The notes under the pieces were generated by a model. The model saw only the letters and a list, made by a program, of their open reading frames with translations. It ran no database searches and was not told the DNA's origin. Positions 27,737 to 39,751 of a DNA stretch of 64,000 bases are shown here, in pieces. The stretch is from Selaginella moellendorffii (Eukaryota; Plantae; Lycopodiophyta): contig NW_003314313.1 in assembly GCF_000143415.4 (NCBI RefSeq), positions 142,418-206,417 on the forward strand, written 5' to 3'. A program made the position numbers and the translations under genes. The stretch's first letter is position 1. Every line of letters begins with the position of its first letter.

Positions 27737-30252
27737 ATGCTAGAGAGGCGAGGCTTGATCGCGCTCCGAGGTAGTGGCAGTAGGATTCTCACGGGCATTG
27801 GCGTGCGGAGATTGGGATCGCGAGCGTCGGACAGCGAGCGCGAGAATCCGGTGCTGGAGGAGCGGCGGCGGCGGGTCAGGGAGCTCGCGAGGGCCAGGTT
27901 TGCTGAGCAGCAGCTGAAGAAGAGAGGGGAAGTAGAGAAGAAGTATAAGAGGGGAGAGATCGATGGGAGGAAGTTCGTGGATTGGGGAAAGGATAAGTTT
28001 AGACTTCCTCTCAGAGATGGATCGGGTCTTTTGCTGGGCAAGGCAGAACGAGAGAAGATCGAAAATGCAAAGATCGTGAGGAAGAAAGCGGAGGATTTGG
28101 AGAAAGAAAGGGAGAATTTGAAGAAGAAGACGAAGAAGACGTCTCAGGAGGTCACCAAGAGCAAAGATTCCAGAAGTTCAAACGTAAAGGCCAAAGAAAA
28201 ATCGTCCAGCATTGACACAGAGGAGGAAGAAGAAGAAGAAGACGACGAAGAGTTTGAGCCGGGGAAAAAGCTCAAGAAGAAAAAGAAGAAAAGTAGTGTT
28301 CCTGTGGCAAAGCCCAAGAGCCAAGGCACAGAATTGATCGAAGCTGCGATAAAATCCTTGAAGTCTCTCCAGAGGGAAGTTGACGGAGTAGTGGAGCCTC
28401 TTGATCTTCCTCCTGCGAAGGTGGAAGGATGGAAGACTTCTTACCGGGAGAGAGTTGAGAGAGCTTTGGTTGACAAAGGCCTCGTCCCACAAGAAGAAAG
28501 TGGGACTGTCGCTACAGGAGAAGAAGAGATTCCGGAGAGCACTGCTATACTAAACAGCTTCATGGAGAGCAACGAATTCGAAAGCTCGGAAGAAGACGAT
28601 GAAGACTTCAAATCATTTGAGGAAATCGTGATCAAGGGAGGTGATGATCAGACAGCTAGCTGGGAAAGTGAAAAGATGATTGAGGAGTTTAACACAGCCA
28701 CAACGTCTTCGTCCGCTCAAGGTGATGAGAAAGTCTCGGACGAAGATGACCAGCCGGCTAGCTTGGAACGTGAGAAGATGATTGAGGATTTGAACACGGC
28801 CACAACGTCTTCGTCCGCTCAAGGTGATGAGAAAGTCTCTGGAGCGACTCAAGTCAAGGCACTACTGGCAGCCATCGACGATCGCTCGGCTGATATCGGA
28901 TCTGTGTCACTGGACGAGCAAATGTCCGTGAGAGTCGGGATAATTGGAGCTCCCAACGCCGGGAAGTCTTCACTCTTAAACTTCCTGGTAAGCGATTCTA
29001 TCTTTCTTCTTCGTATGTTTTCTTTACTTCCCATCCAAATGCAGGTTGGAACCAAGGTGTCGGCAGTCTCTCGAAAGACAAACACAACACGAAACGAGAT
29101 CCTCGGAGTTTTAACAGAGAATGATACGCAAGTTGTAAGCTTTTGATGCTTTTTCTTGAGGAATATGGAGCTTATCTTCGGCCTTCGCAGCTGTTTTACG
29201 ACACTCCTGGTTTGATGATGCGCTGGAAGGGTCAGGCCGTAAGACGAGACGTCAAAAGCCGAGTCCAAAGCGCCTGGATGGTCACTGGCCACTGCGAAGT
29301 TCTCATCGTGCTGGTGGACGCTCATCGCCAGATAGAACGGTAAGGACGTATACATTTCCTCGATGAAGCAACTCAGACGTGGTTCTTCGCTTGACAGTCC
29401 CGACCAGAGAGTGAGAAAACTGATCGAAAAGCTGGGCGAGAAGAAGGATCCAAAGCAAAAGAGGATCTTGTGCTTGAACAAAGTCGACTTGATTCGTCAA
29501 AAGCGGGAGTTAGTGCCGCTGGCGCAGGAGTTTGGCTCGCTCCCTGGATACGACAGGTATCAAAAAAATTCGTCACTTCCCATCTCTTCAACGTTTCACG
29601 TCACAGGGTCTTCATGATCTCCGGCTTGAGAGGAAGCGGCGTGAGACACTTAAAAGAGTACCTTTTAGAGAAAGTGAGCTTCTTTTCTTTTCTCTCTTTT
29701 CGGCTTTTGGTTTTGCTCACACGATTTGTTTCTTCGTTCTAGGCAGTACCCAGGCCTTGGGAAGAAGAAAAGGGTGTCGTGACGGACATGAGTCCTATCG
29801 CAGTGGCGAAAGAAGTTGTGTGGGAGCACGTCCTTGACAATGTACACCAGGTAATACTTGCAAACTCTTGCAAATTCTCGAGAAGAATTTATTTGATCGC
29901 TTTATTTGTTTCCAGGAAATACCGTATCATCTTCACCACAAGCACGTCTCGTGGAAAATCTTAAAAGACCGCTCCATCCGCATCGAGCAGCAGATAATCG
30001 TGCCTACAGACTCTCAAAAGAAGATTCTCGTTGGCAAGAATGGAGGTCTCATCAGGTAACTCGGACGATGCTAATTTCCACAGGCTAAAGAGCTCGCGAG
30101 CGTGTTCTTCCAGGAAAATCGGAATGGCTGCAAACGAGGAACTGTCAGCGCGGTTTGGAGCTAAAGTCCACCTGATCCTGGACGTGAAAATCGCTGGCTC
30201 CGACAACATGTACGCTGCCTCTGAGAACGCGGCCGACGAGATGTGGCTGTAG
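27737..30252 (+). CDS. Era-family GTPase (ERG-like) with a long charged N-terminal extension
   Basis: G1 GAPNAGKS, TTR, DTPG, NKVD, MISGLRGSG; KH-type region EIPY...ILVGKNGGLIRKIG. Confidence 0.9.
28643..28840 (+). repeat. In-frame 102-bp tandem duplication inside the Era N-terminal extension
   Basis: DDQTASWESEKMIEEFNTATTSSSAQGDEKVS and DDQPASLEREKMIEDLNTATTSSSAQGDEKVS start at 28643 and 28745. Confidence 0.9.
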
Positions 30253-30396
30253 CATTTTCGCGAGTGGCAAGTAACTTCTTTTTGGAGTTTCTAGCATTCT
30301 TTTATAACGCACAGTCTTCCTGCTTCAAGACGCACGTAAAGAGAATGAGGCCAGGGATAATAAACCAAGAGCAGCAAACCTTTCGAGCTCGGGAGG

Positions 30397-30886
30397 ATGG
30401 CTTTGTTCTTGGGCTCCTTGAAAACTTCGATCCTGGCCTTCGTCGTCACAGCAGCTGTGCTCCAACAAGTTAGCGCTGTAAGTTTGATGCTTGATAATCA
30501 CCGCATCACTTCTTGACGTCTTGTCTCGTCTCTGTGGCTTGCAGAACTGCGATGTCAAAACTTTCAACAGTACCGAGTGCCGGGACATCCACTACGACAG
30601 CATCGAAGATTACCTCTACGTGACTTGCCGCGCGCACGGCAACTGGTTTAGTGACCGCTACCACCTCCAGGTTCTCTTGCAGTACGAGAACAACGAGCTC
30701 CAGTGCGGGGATGCCAGCCACAACTTTGTAACAAGCTGCCAGACTTCGACACTCACGATCCAAGGAACAGAGATCTCTGTTGTTTGTGGCGGAAAGCCGG
30801 CGTCGATTGATCTCTCAGACTGCCTCGGAGTGGATGCCGATGATGAGATCTTGTTTAACTGCGACTACGATAACTACTACAATTGA
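30397..30886 (+). CDS. Secreted cyanovirin-N homolog (CVNH) lectin-like protein
   Basis: Exon 1 (30397-30477) is a 27-aa signal peptide. Exon 2 has two CVNH-like half repeats: FNSTECRDI..LYVTC..GNW and NFVTSCQ..ISVVC..SIDLSDCLG. Confidence 0.72.
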
Positions 30887-30964
30887 ATCCATCTTCATCA
30901 CCATCTGCGAGAATTTAGAGTTATCACTATGAAACGAAAAAGAGAAAGTCCCACCTTACCTCTC

Positions 30965-31738
30965 TCAAGTGTACTCCATCCTTTGCTTGGGATTGACGAT
31001 CTTTCCTCTCGCGAGCCTCTTGAGTTTCTTCTCGCGGCCCTTCACCTTCGCAACCTCTCGATCGCTTCTCACGGCTCGAGCAGCGGCTTTTGGCAGTGGC
31101 CTCGGCCTTCCAACTTGATACTCCTGCCTGGGTTTCTTGAATGGCCGCGTCCACGGAGCTCTCCATGAATCGATCTTCTTCACCACCGGCTTGCAATAGG
31201 CAGGAAAGTTGGGTGGTGCCACTGCCGCCGGCACAAGCTCGGTACGTCCGCTGGGCTTGACAAACCTCGAGTAGAAATCCAAGCCGGGAGCAGCTCTACC
31301 GGAGAAATGCTGCTCGCTGTGGCTTCGATCCATCCGGGGCGCATCCTCTCCTCCATCTTTGTTTCCGGCAGCAGCGGCGGCAGCAGCAGCCTCGCGATCG
31401 GCAGCCCTTTTGAGTCGCCTCTCCTGAGCTTCAAATCTCACCCTGCTGTACACGCGCCTGGCTTTGATCGTGTAGGGACAGAAAGATCTGCGATTCTTCT
31501 TTACCTTCACAGATTTCCTCCGCCAGTCCCGGGACGAAGGCTCGACGCCCTTGGGACGAGGAAATCCGCGCGCCCAGCCCGCCATTGGCGTCGGCACACG
31601 ATATTTCCGCGCCTCCTCGCTGATCTTCCGACAATGGAGCAATGCCGCCGGCTGTGATTGCGGGACGATCGCCGCCCGCTGCATACCTCTGTGAATCGAG
31701 CTGGAAGCTCGCCAGAGGGCGATCGTCGCCGCTCGCAT
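30965..31738 (-). CDS. Intronless basic protein of unknown function, possibly mitochondrion-targeted
   Basis: 257-aa ORF, Arg/Lys-rich, presequence-like N-terminus, telo-box directly upstream; no family recognised. Confidence 0.55.
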   Translation of the reverse strand: MRAATIALWRASSSIHRGMQRAAIVPQSQPAALLHCRKISEEARKYRVPTPMAGWARGFPRPKGVEPSSRDWRRKSVKVKKNRRSFCPYTIKARRVYSRVRFEAQERRLKRAADREAAAAAAAAGNKDGGEDAPRMDRSHSEQHFSGRAAPGLDFYSRFVKPSGRTELVPAAVAPPNFPAYCKPVVKKIDSWRAPWTRPFKKPRQEYQVGRPRPLPKAAARAVRSDREVAKVKGREKKLKRLARGKIVNPKQRMEYT

Positions 31739-31804
31739 TCTCTCCTCCTAAAACCCTACCCAGTTTTGGTAGAGCCCTAAACAAAACAAATGTTTTAGGG
31801 GAAA

Positions 31805-34020
31805 ATGCGGTCGCTATGGACGCTCACGGTGTTCTTGGGAGGCCTCTGGATCGCGTCTTTGCTCTACGGCGAGCTCCTCGCGTTTTGGATCCCCCGGTGG
31901 AGCTGCTCCTGGCCGAATCTAGAGCAGGCATTCGCACATTTCCTCCAGGAATTTTCAATTCTCTCACGCAAATTCTTTCTGGCAGAAATTTGCGAGCACG
32001 AAATTACCGCCGGGAGAGAGGCCGCTGAGAATCGTCCTCATTGCCGATCCACAGGTCCGTGTTCTTGGCAAATTCCCCGAAATATTTGACTCCCCTGACG
32101 CATCGATCGATAGCTGACCGACAGGACATCGTATGGAATGGATCCTCGCTCGCTCCTGCTGAAGATCATCCAGTTCTACTCCGATATCTACATGAGACGG
32201 GCATTTCGATCGTCTGTGCTCGGTCTAGAACCAGATGAGATACTTTTCTTGGGAGATTACTTCGATGGAGGACCTTACCTCGCGGATGACGAGTAAGAAT
32301 TTCTTCTACCTTACAAATTCTAGCTCTATAAGAACAGCTCTTCCACAGGTGGGAGGAGTCTTGGAAACGTTTCGAGCATATCTTTGATCAGACCCAAAGA
32401 GGTTTGAAGTCGAGGAAGAAAATTCCCACGTATTATTTGTGTGGAAACCACGACTTGGGATATCATGAGGTGTTCTCTCAGAAACCACAGGTATCGTTTC
32501 CTTCTCTCTGTTTTCTGTTTTTCTTTGGCTCGAAACTATGGACTTTTTCGCAGATAGCACAGAGGTACCAGAAGAAGTTCGGTGAAACCGATTTCATTCA
32601 CAACATTGGTAGCTTGGACTTCGTGTTTGTGAACTCGCAAGCTCTTGATGGTACGCGTTGGAGCCAGTTTTCTCTTTGAGTTCTTACAGTCCAAACGCTC
32701 TTGTTCACAGGTTCAAGAGCGGACCCTTTCACAAATGCTTCTTGGAGTTTTGTTGAGAAAGTCGCAAGCTCGGGTAAAGCAATGCTGTTCATAGTTGATT
32801 TTTGTTTTGATTTTTCTATTCCACAGACCGTGCAGCTAGGCCTATGGTTCTGATGACACATATACCATTGTTTAGACCAGACAACACACCCTGCGGATCC
32901 GATCGAGCGTCCGAAGTTATTAATCAGGTAAGCTTCTCTTAGGCGATTTCTAAGATGTTCTCACTGTTGATTGGCTAGAGACTGAGAAGGACGAACTGGT
33001 CACCCGGAAGGGTAACGTAAGATGTTCCTCCACAGTGACTGCAACTCAACTCATTTACTGTTTCACAGATATCAAAACTACTTGACGGATGGAACGAGTC
33101 AGAAGCTCCTCAACTTGACGAAACCTGTACGCTTGTGTCTTACATTTGATTTGATTTGCAAAGAAACTCGTGTTCTTCTCAGGTTATGGTGTTCTCGGGT
33201 CATGACCATGACCAGTGCAAGACTGTTCATGCCACTCCCGAAGGGTTTTATCCAGAGGTAAGATCAAATTTCACCAGACAAGCTTCTGTAATTTGTGACC
33301 TTCGCAGTACACAGTGGGAACGTTCAGCTGGCAACAAGGAAATATATATCCCTCCTTCATGATGCTTTCTGTGCCTCGAAGCTCATCGGCAATGACAGAC
33401 ACAATCATCTCGGAGAGGCTTTGTTTCCTTCCGGCTCAAGATTTCAACTATGCATGGTATGAAAGTATTTCTTTTCTTTTCTTTTTTCTCTTCGTTACAT
33501 GGTAACTTTGTTGCTTCACAGGTATGGTGTCCTGTTCGTGATATCTGTACTCGCTCTGTTCTTCTGGCCCAGCCAGGGAATAGATCTGTGGCAGTCATTT
33601 CGTAGCCTCTACGACGCACTCAAGGCCGGCTCTGAAGGTGTCAAAGCCAAGGACGAAGACGCAGAGTGGGAGATGCTCTGGGACGCGGAAGGTGGCATGC
33701 ATCTCGTAAAGAAAAGCCTCCCACAAACTAGCGTCTCTTCATCTCAAGGCTCCGAGCGAAGGTTAGCCTTGCGCTACTTTTTATCAATCTTCTAACAAGG
33801 ATTTTTCTACAGAGGAAACGTCATCCAACGAGCAACAGCAAAGTCGAAGGCCTCCACCGTCCCGGACGAAGTTACCGACACTGATACAAGCAGCAATCTT
33901 TCTCCGAGCAGCAGGAATAGATTTCGGCGAAGACTCGTCCAAATGGTCGGGCCATTGACGGTTCTCGCCACAGTGAACTTTTCTCTCTACATGATGCTGG
34001 TGATGAAAGACTGGACGTAA
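31805..34020 (+). CDS. Calcineurin-like metallophosphoesterase (MPPE1/Cdc1-like)
   Basis: N-terminal TM, IADPQLTD, LGDYFDGG, GNHDLG, THIPL, SGHDHDQC, GTFSWQQGN, C-terminal TMs. Confidence 0.88.
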
Positions 34021-34159
34021 CACTTTGCTTCTCTCTGGTAAGCCAGCTTCTCAAACTAGTTCCACTTCTCTAAATGTTTTCCCAGATCCAGTGCTTCCAA
34101 TTTGATCGCTTATTTCGACTAAGTGATCGATGGCCTCGTTTTAAGCTTGTTTCCGCTGT

Positions 34160-36208
34160 ATGGATTGCTTGAGCTTGGATCTTCCAGACGCTCCCGTGAA
34201 GTTCTCCTCCTATGCCTCACTCTTACGGCAAACAAAGAATTTAGAGCAAGGCAAACTTCTTCACGCTCATATTGAAAAATTTGGCCACAGCTGCGATACG
34301 TTCCTGGGAAATCTCCTCGTCCAAATGTACGGCAGGTGCCAGGACGTGGACTCGGCCAGGGCCGCCTTCGACTCCATCGTACGGAAGAACGTCTTCTCGT
34401 GGTCTTTGATGCTCGCGGCATATGCCCAGAACGGGCATCTTGATGATGCCCGGAAAGTGTTCGACCACATTCCGGAACGGAATGTCGTTTGCTGGAATTC
34501 CATAATGGCGTTCTACGCGGAGAATGGCCGGCAGATGGACGCTCTACATCTGCTGGCGGTTATGGATCTGGAGGGCGTCCCGCCGTCGGATGTGACGGTC
34601 CTTGTCGCGCTGGAGTCGTGCGGCGCCGTTGGATGGCTCGGCTTGGGGCAGTGCCTTCATGCGTCTCGAGCTTGCGAGCTAGGGCTTGTCAAGAACGCGG
34701 CAGTAGGCGCTGCGCTAGTGACGATGTATGGCAAGTGTGGATCGATCGAGCGAGCTAGATCGGCGTTTGTTGCTCTTCCCAAGAGGAATGTGGTGTGCTG
34801 GACATCGATGATCGCAGCGCTTGCCGAGAACGCGGAATTTTCAGATGCGGTGGGGGTGTTTCGATCGATGATCCAGGAAGGATTGAAGCCGGACGCCGTG
34901 GCTTTGATCACTATTCTCGACGCTTGCGCGAGTCTTGGATCCCTGGCAATGGCCGAATCGGTGTATTCTTCTGGTTCTTGGCAGTGGAATCCCTCGCAGG
35001 ATGTTAGAATCGGCAATGCGGCAGTGAATATGTTTGGCAAATGCGGCAGCGTGGAGAGATCGATGGAAATTTTCGACGCGATGGAACAAAGAAATATCGT
35101 CTCTTGGACAGGCATGGTTGCGGCATTCGCACAGAACGGGTGCTTTGAGCAGGCATTGGGGTTATTCAGGACGATGGATCTCCACGGAGTCTTCCCGGAC
35201 GAGATCACGTTTGTGAGCGCAATCGTTGCCTGCGGCAGCCTGGGAGATCTCGCAACTGGGAGATTACTCCACCAGGAGTGCTGCGCAGCCTCGTCCTCCA
35301 ATTTCGCCGTCGCCAGCGCTCTGATCGATATGTACGCTCGATGCGACCACATCGAGCTTGCCAGGGCGGCCTTTGACGCGATCCTGCCGTGCTGCTGCAA
35401 GGTCGGCGCCTGGAATTCGATGATCTCGGCTTACGCTCGCAATCGCCAGGGAAGAGAGGCGATGCAGATCTTCCGTGCCATGGATCTCGACGGCGTCGCG
35501 CCAAACGCGATCACCTTGATCACTCTCCTAGACGCTTGCGCCAACACCCCATCCCTCGCGCACGATCGATTCATCCATTCCAGCATAGCCGATCTGCAAA
35601 CCCTAGAGCACGATCGCCGCGTCAAGAACGCGCTCATCAACATGTATGGAAAGGGCGGAAATTTCAGCAAAGCAAGAAGCATCTTTAAGAATATCCGCCA
35701 CGCTGGCGACATCGTGACGTGGACTGCCATGGTGGAGGCATATGCCCAAAACGGCTATGGTGACATGGCAGTGGCGACCTTCATGGAGATGGAGCTCGAG
35801 GGGATTATCCCTAACGAGATCACATTCACGAGCATCGTCTCGGCGTGTACGCACTCCGGCCTCGTCAATCAGGGCTTGTTCTTCTTCGCGTCACAGATGG
35901 AAGATTACGGCATCGCGGCGCGCAGCGATCAGCCACTGGTCGGGATCGTGGATCTCCTCTCGAGATCGGGGCATATTTCGGAGGCGGCGGGAGTGATCGA
36001 TTCGATGCCATTCCGGCCACATTCCGCGACGCTGACGACGATCCTCAGCGCTTGCCGGATCCACGGCGATCGCCAGACGGGATCGGCGATCGCTCGCAAG
36101 ATCGCGGCGGAGGAGCCGGAGAGCCGCGCGACGTATCAGCTGCTGTCCAACATCTATGCCGAGGGCGCGTCAGGTGAGTCGCTCGTTCTTTCTTTCGCGA
36201 GATTTTAG
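34160..36208 (+). CDS. PLS-class PPR protein with E domain, no DYW
   Basis: Repeated LVxMYGKCG/VSWTxMIxAYAQNG motifs; ACTHSGLV...MPFRP...YQLLSNIYA. Confidence 0.93.
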   Translation: MDCLSLDLPDAPVKFSSYASLLRQTKNLEQGKLLHAHIEKFGHSCDTFLGNLLVQMYGRCQDVDSARAAFDSIVRKNVFSWSLMLAAYAQNGHLDDARKVFDHIPERNVVCWNSIMAFYAENGRQMDALHLLAVMDLEGVPPSDVTVLVALESCGAVGWLGLGQCLHASRACELGLVKNAAVGAALVTMYGKCGSIERARSAFVALPKRNVVCWTSMIAALAENAEFSDAVGVFRSMIQEGLKPDAVALITILDACASLGSLAMAESVYSSGSWQWNPSQDVRIGNAAVNMFGKCGSVERSMEIFDAMEQRNIVSWTGMVAAFAQNGCFEQALGLFRTMDLHGVFPDEITFVSAIVACGSLGDLATGRLLHQECCAASSSNFAVASALIDMYARCDHIELARAAFDAILPCCCKVGAWNSMISAYARNRQGREAMQIFRAMDLDGVAPNAITLITLLDACANTPSLAHDRFIHSSIADLQTLEHDRRVKNALINMYGKGGNFSKARSIFKNIRHAGDIVTWTAMVEAYAQNGYGDMAVATFMEMELEGIIPNEITFTSIVSACTHSGLVNQGLFFFASQMEDYGIAARSDQPLVGIVDLLSRSGHISEAAGVIDSMPFRPHSATLTTILSACRIHGDRQTGSAIARKIAAEEPESRATYQLLSNIYAEGASGESLVLSFARF

Positions 36209-36243
36209 GGTTCTTGAGGGTTTTCTTCGTTACTCGTGCCAGG

Positions 36244-38022
36244 ATGAAGGCGGTAGGACCTGGAGCAGGACTGGGATTGGCTCCCGTTGTGGGTGTTGCC
36301 ACTGCGAGCAAGAAGAAGCGCGAGTATAAGCTCACGAATCGACTCCAGGAAGGCAAGCGACCACTCTATGCCATCGCGTTTAATTTCTTGGATATGAGAT
36401 ATCACAATACCTTTGCTTCCGCCGGTGGAAACAGAGTAAGCAAAGTTCTTGTTATCCAATCTTGTTAGCTCCAATGTTGTTTTTTCCAGATTACAGTCTA
36501 TCAGTGCTTGGAAGGAGGTGCTGTGGCCGTGCTACAGGCTTATGTCGATGAGGATGTAAGTTTTTTCTGTAAATCCATTCTTTCAATCGACCCACATTCC
36601 TCTAGAAAGACGAATCGTTTTACACAGTTACTTGGGCCTGCGATCTCAGTGGCTTGCCTTTGCTCATTGCGAGCGGAAGCAACGGGATTATACGCGTTAT
36701 AGACTGCGGAATGGAGAGATTGTCGAAGGTTCGGCTTTTACGATTTGGTGGTCGTGCTGAGTTGCTGATATCCATAGCTGCGTTTCAGAGCTTTGTTGGG
36801 CATGGAGATTCTATCAATGAGTTAAGGACGCAGAGTCAGAACCCGTTTTTGATAGCGTCTGCAAGCAAGGTAAAATATTGAGTGATCACTTGTGTTTTCT
36901 ATCAACATGTTTTACCTTGCCAGGATGAATCTATACGACTTTGGAATCTACAAACAGGTGTCTGCATCTTAATATTTGGTGGAGCTGGCGGTCATCGGAA
37001 CGAAGTACTTAGTGTGGTAAATGAAGTCCTTTTTGTTTTTTTATTTTCATATGTTTTTCGACAGGACTTCCATCCATCCAATACATTTCTTCTAGCTAGC
37101 TGTGGAATGGACAACAGTATAAAGATCTGGTCGTTTAAAGGTTCGTTCAAAAGCTTGACACATCCCCAAATTGATTTGCTCTGTGCATCCAGATTTTTGG
37201 ATATATGTGGAGCAATCTAAAACCTGGACTGACGTATCCTCTCGTTTTCCCACCAAATACGTGCAATTTCCGGTATGCAGCCACGTTCATCCTACTTATA
37301 AAAAGCTGTAGATTTTTAACGCAGTTGTACACTCAAACTACGTGGATTGTACTAGGTGGCTCGGCGACTTTGTCTTGTCCAAGGTTAAGCAAGTCCTTTA
37401 TTTTAACTTCTACCACAAATGATTTTTGTATTCGCAGAGTGTGGATAATGAAATCGTTTTGTGGGAACCAATCTTCAGAGAGCATTCTTCCAACGACGTG
37501 AGCCTCTATTTTTTTTATTTTCATTTTTCTAGAACGGGCAATATCATTATCTCGTAAACAGGGTGCTGTAGATGTCATCCAGAAGTACCCAGTGCCAGAC
37601 TGCGACATATGGTTTATAAAATTCTCGTGTGACTTTTACTTCAGTACCATGTCAATAGGTAAAAGCCCGCAGGCGATATCTTATAACTTTCTCGCGACTC
37701 TACTTTTCTTATCTGTGTGACAGGCAACAGGGAAGGCAAGGTTGTTGTTTGGGATCTCCAATCCAGTCCTCCGGGCTTCGTTGCAAAGTAAGATCTTATT
37801 GTTGTCGAGCTGAATGAAGAAACGTGCATTGCATGCAGGCTCTCACATTCGCAGTGCAAGTCGCCCATAAGACAAACAGCAACTTCTGTGGATGGAAGGT
37901 ACCAATTCTTCTCATTCTTTCATCATTTTTCGGTGCTTGATGGTTTATCTGCTTTTGGCTGTAGCACCATCCTGTGCTGCTGTGAAGACGGCAGCATTTG
38001 GCGCTGGGACTCTGCACCGTGA
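36244..38022 (+). CDS. FIE: Polycomb WD40 protein FIE (ESC/EED)
   Basis: [90 protein letters not shown]. Confidence 0.95.
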
Positions 38023-38302
38023 CGATCAACTCAAAATTCCCAGCGGGTATTTTGTTTTTTGGTAAAGCTAGCTCTAATGGTTTATTTACAGGATCTTTAC
38101 AATATAGTTCGGTACGCGTACATATACAAGACTTGAACTTGAGATCAAAGGAGTGAATTATTTGATTTGCATCTGATTTTGGTAAGGTCGGTAAGCTGTT
38201 GGACTTTTTGGGCACTGCCTCTAAATAAAAGGGCACCTCGTTATCTTTGCATTTGTAGTGCTTAGTGAGATTTTATAGTGCTTAGTGATTATTCATCAAA
38301 AA

Positions 38303-38815
38303 ATGGCTTGCAATCTGCCATCCGTGTTAGCAATGCTGGTCATGATCTCTCTGGTTTCAAGCTGCACGGCAGACAGTTCTATAACTTGTTAGTAATTTGA
38401 TCTCAAGGAAAAGCTTAACGCTGTGGTTCTAATCGATCTTTCTCTTGCTGTGCTTGCAGTTGGTAACATCACCAAAGACTTTGTCACGATCCAGCAAAAG
38501 CTCCAGTATTGCAACAAGACATACCCGCAAGCTTCAGGCTTCTTGTCTCCACTCATCGACTACGCTGGCTTGGGCACCACGGGCAGTCCTCCAAGTCTCA
38601 TCGCCGTCCTGCGCGGGATCATAGACCTCCTCGATGATTTGCTGTTTGCAAACTTTGGGAGCACTCCAAAGCTGCCACCCGGTTTCTCATCATGCCTCCA
38701 GGAAGTGATCGACAGGCTACTCCGTCTTTTATACTCCACCACTGGAACTTACAGGATTCTCGTCTCGTTCTTGCTCGCAAGTGTATACCTCGTCAAAGGC
38801 ATCTTGGCTCCTTGA
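38303..38815 (+). CDS. Small secreted/membrane-anchored protein of unknown family, copy 1
   Basis: Signal peptide MACNLPSVLAMLVMISLVSSCTA, one phase-1 intron, helical body with 2 Cys, hydrophobic C-terminus. Confidence 0.7.
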
Positions 38816-38929
38816 GGCGAGAAGATCTTCCGTTAGTTTGAGAAACGAGCATAGGCCATCTCTACATTGATATGAATAATAGTAATAATACTAAGATGCA
38901 AACCAATAATTGAATTATATTTCTATACA

Positions 38930-39650
38930 AGCCCTCCTCTTTTCCTCTGAAAAATCATCCATCGTTTTAGTATGGTCTTCATGCCAGGCCTGCGCCAGTG
39001 TTGAGAAAGTGGCAACCTCGGGTGGGCGAAAGAAAGCAATGCGTTCATGGTTTTATTTGATGGTTTCCATCCACAGATCGTGCAGCTAGGCCTATGGTTT
39101 TGATGACACATATACCATTGTTTAGACCAGACAACACACAATGTGGATTCGATAGAGCGTCCGATAGAGCGTCCTGTGAAGCAAACAAAGTTACCATGTT
39201 AACGAAGAGAGAGAAAAAAAACAAGAAAAGAAATGCTTTCATACCATGCATTGTTAAAATCTTGCCTCTCGTCCAAATGGTCGGGCCATTGACGGTTCTC
39301 GCCACAGTGAACTTTTCTGTCTATATGATGCTGGTGATGAAAGACTGGACGTTGTTCTCTCGGCTTCTCAAACTAGCTCCACTTCTCTTAAATGTCTTTC
39401 CAGATCCAGTGCTTCCAAATTGGTCGCGAGCTTCGCGCTTAAGTGATCGATGGCCTCGTTTTAAGCTTGTTTCTCCTGTATGGATTGATTGATGGTTTCT
39501 CTGCTTTTTCTTTTCCGGTAGCACCATCCTGTGCTGCTATGAAGACGACAGAATTTGGCGCTGGGACTCTCCACCGTGACGACCAACTCAAAAATTGATT
39601 TGATTTTGGTTTTGGTTTTGGTAAGGTCGGTAAGCGGTATCACCCTGGAC
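38930..39650. pseudogene. Mosaic of fragments of DUF1218, MPPE1-like, PPR start and FIE 3' end
   Basis: 38930-39003 matches 40411-40513; 39004-39165 matches 32756-32915; 39174-39265 is the reverse complement of 33436-33523; 39268-39487 matches 33934-34147; 39490-39595 matches 37938-38036. Confidence 0.9.
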
Positions 39651-39751
39651 TTTTTGTACACTTCCTCCTAATAAACCCGCACTCGTTGTCTTTGCAGTTA
39701 TAGCGCTTGCTTAGTGAAATTTTATAGTGCTTAGTGATTATTCATCAAAAA

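Noticed and set aside
34241-35730. Long antisense ORFs over PPR, UGT, Era and CCT7 genes
   Set aside because: Shadow frames of GC-rich coding sequence.
35845-36177. Alternative-frame ORF in the PPR that would splice in frame to FIE
   Set aside because: Has no ATG, and FIE homology begins at the ATG at 36244.
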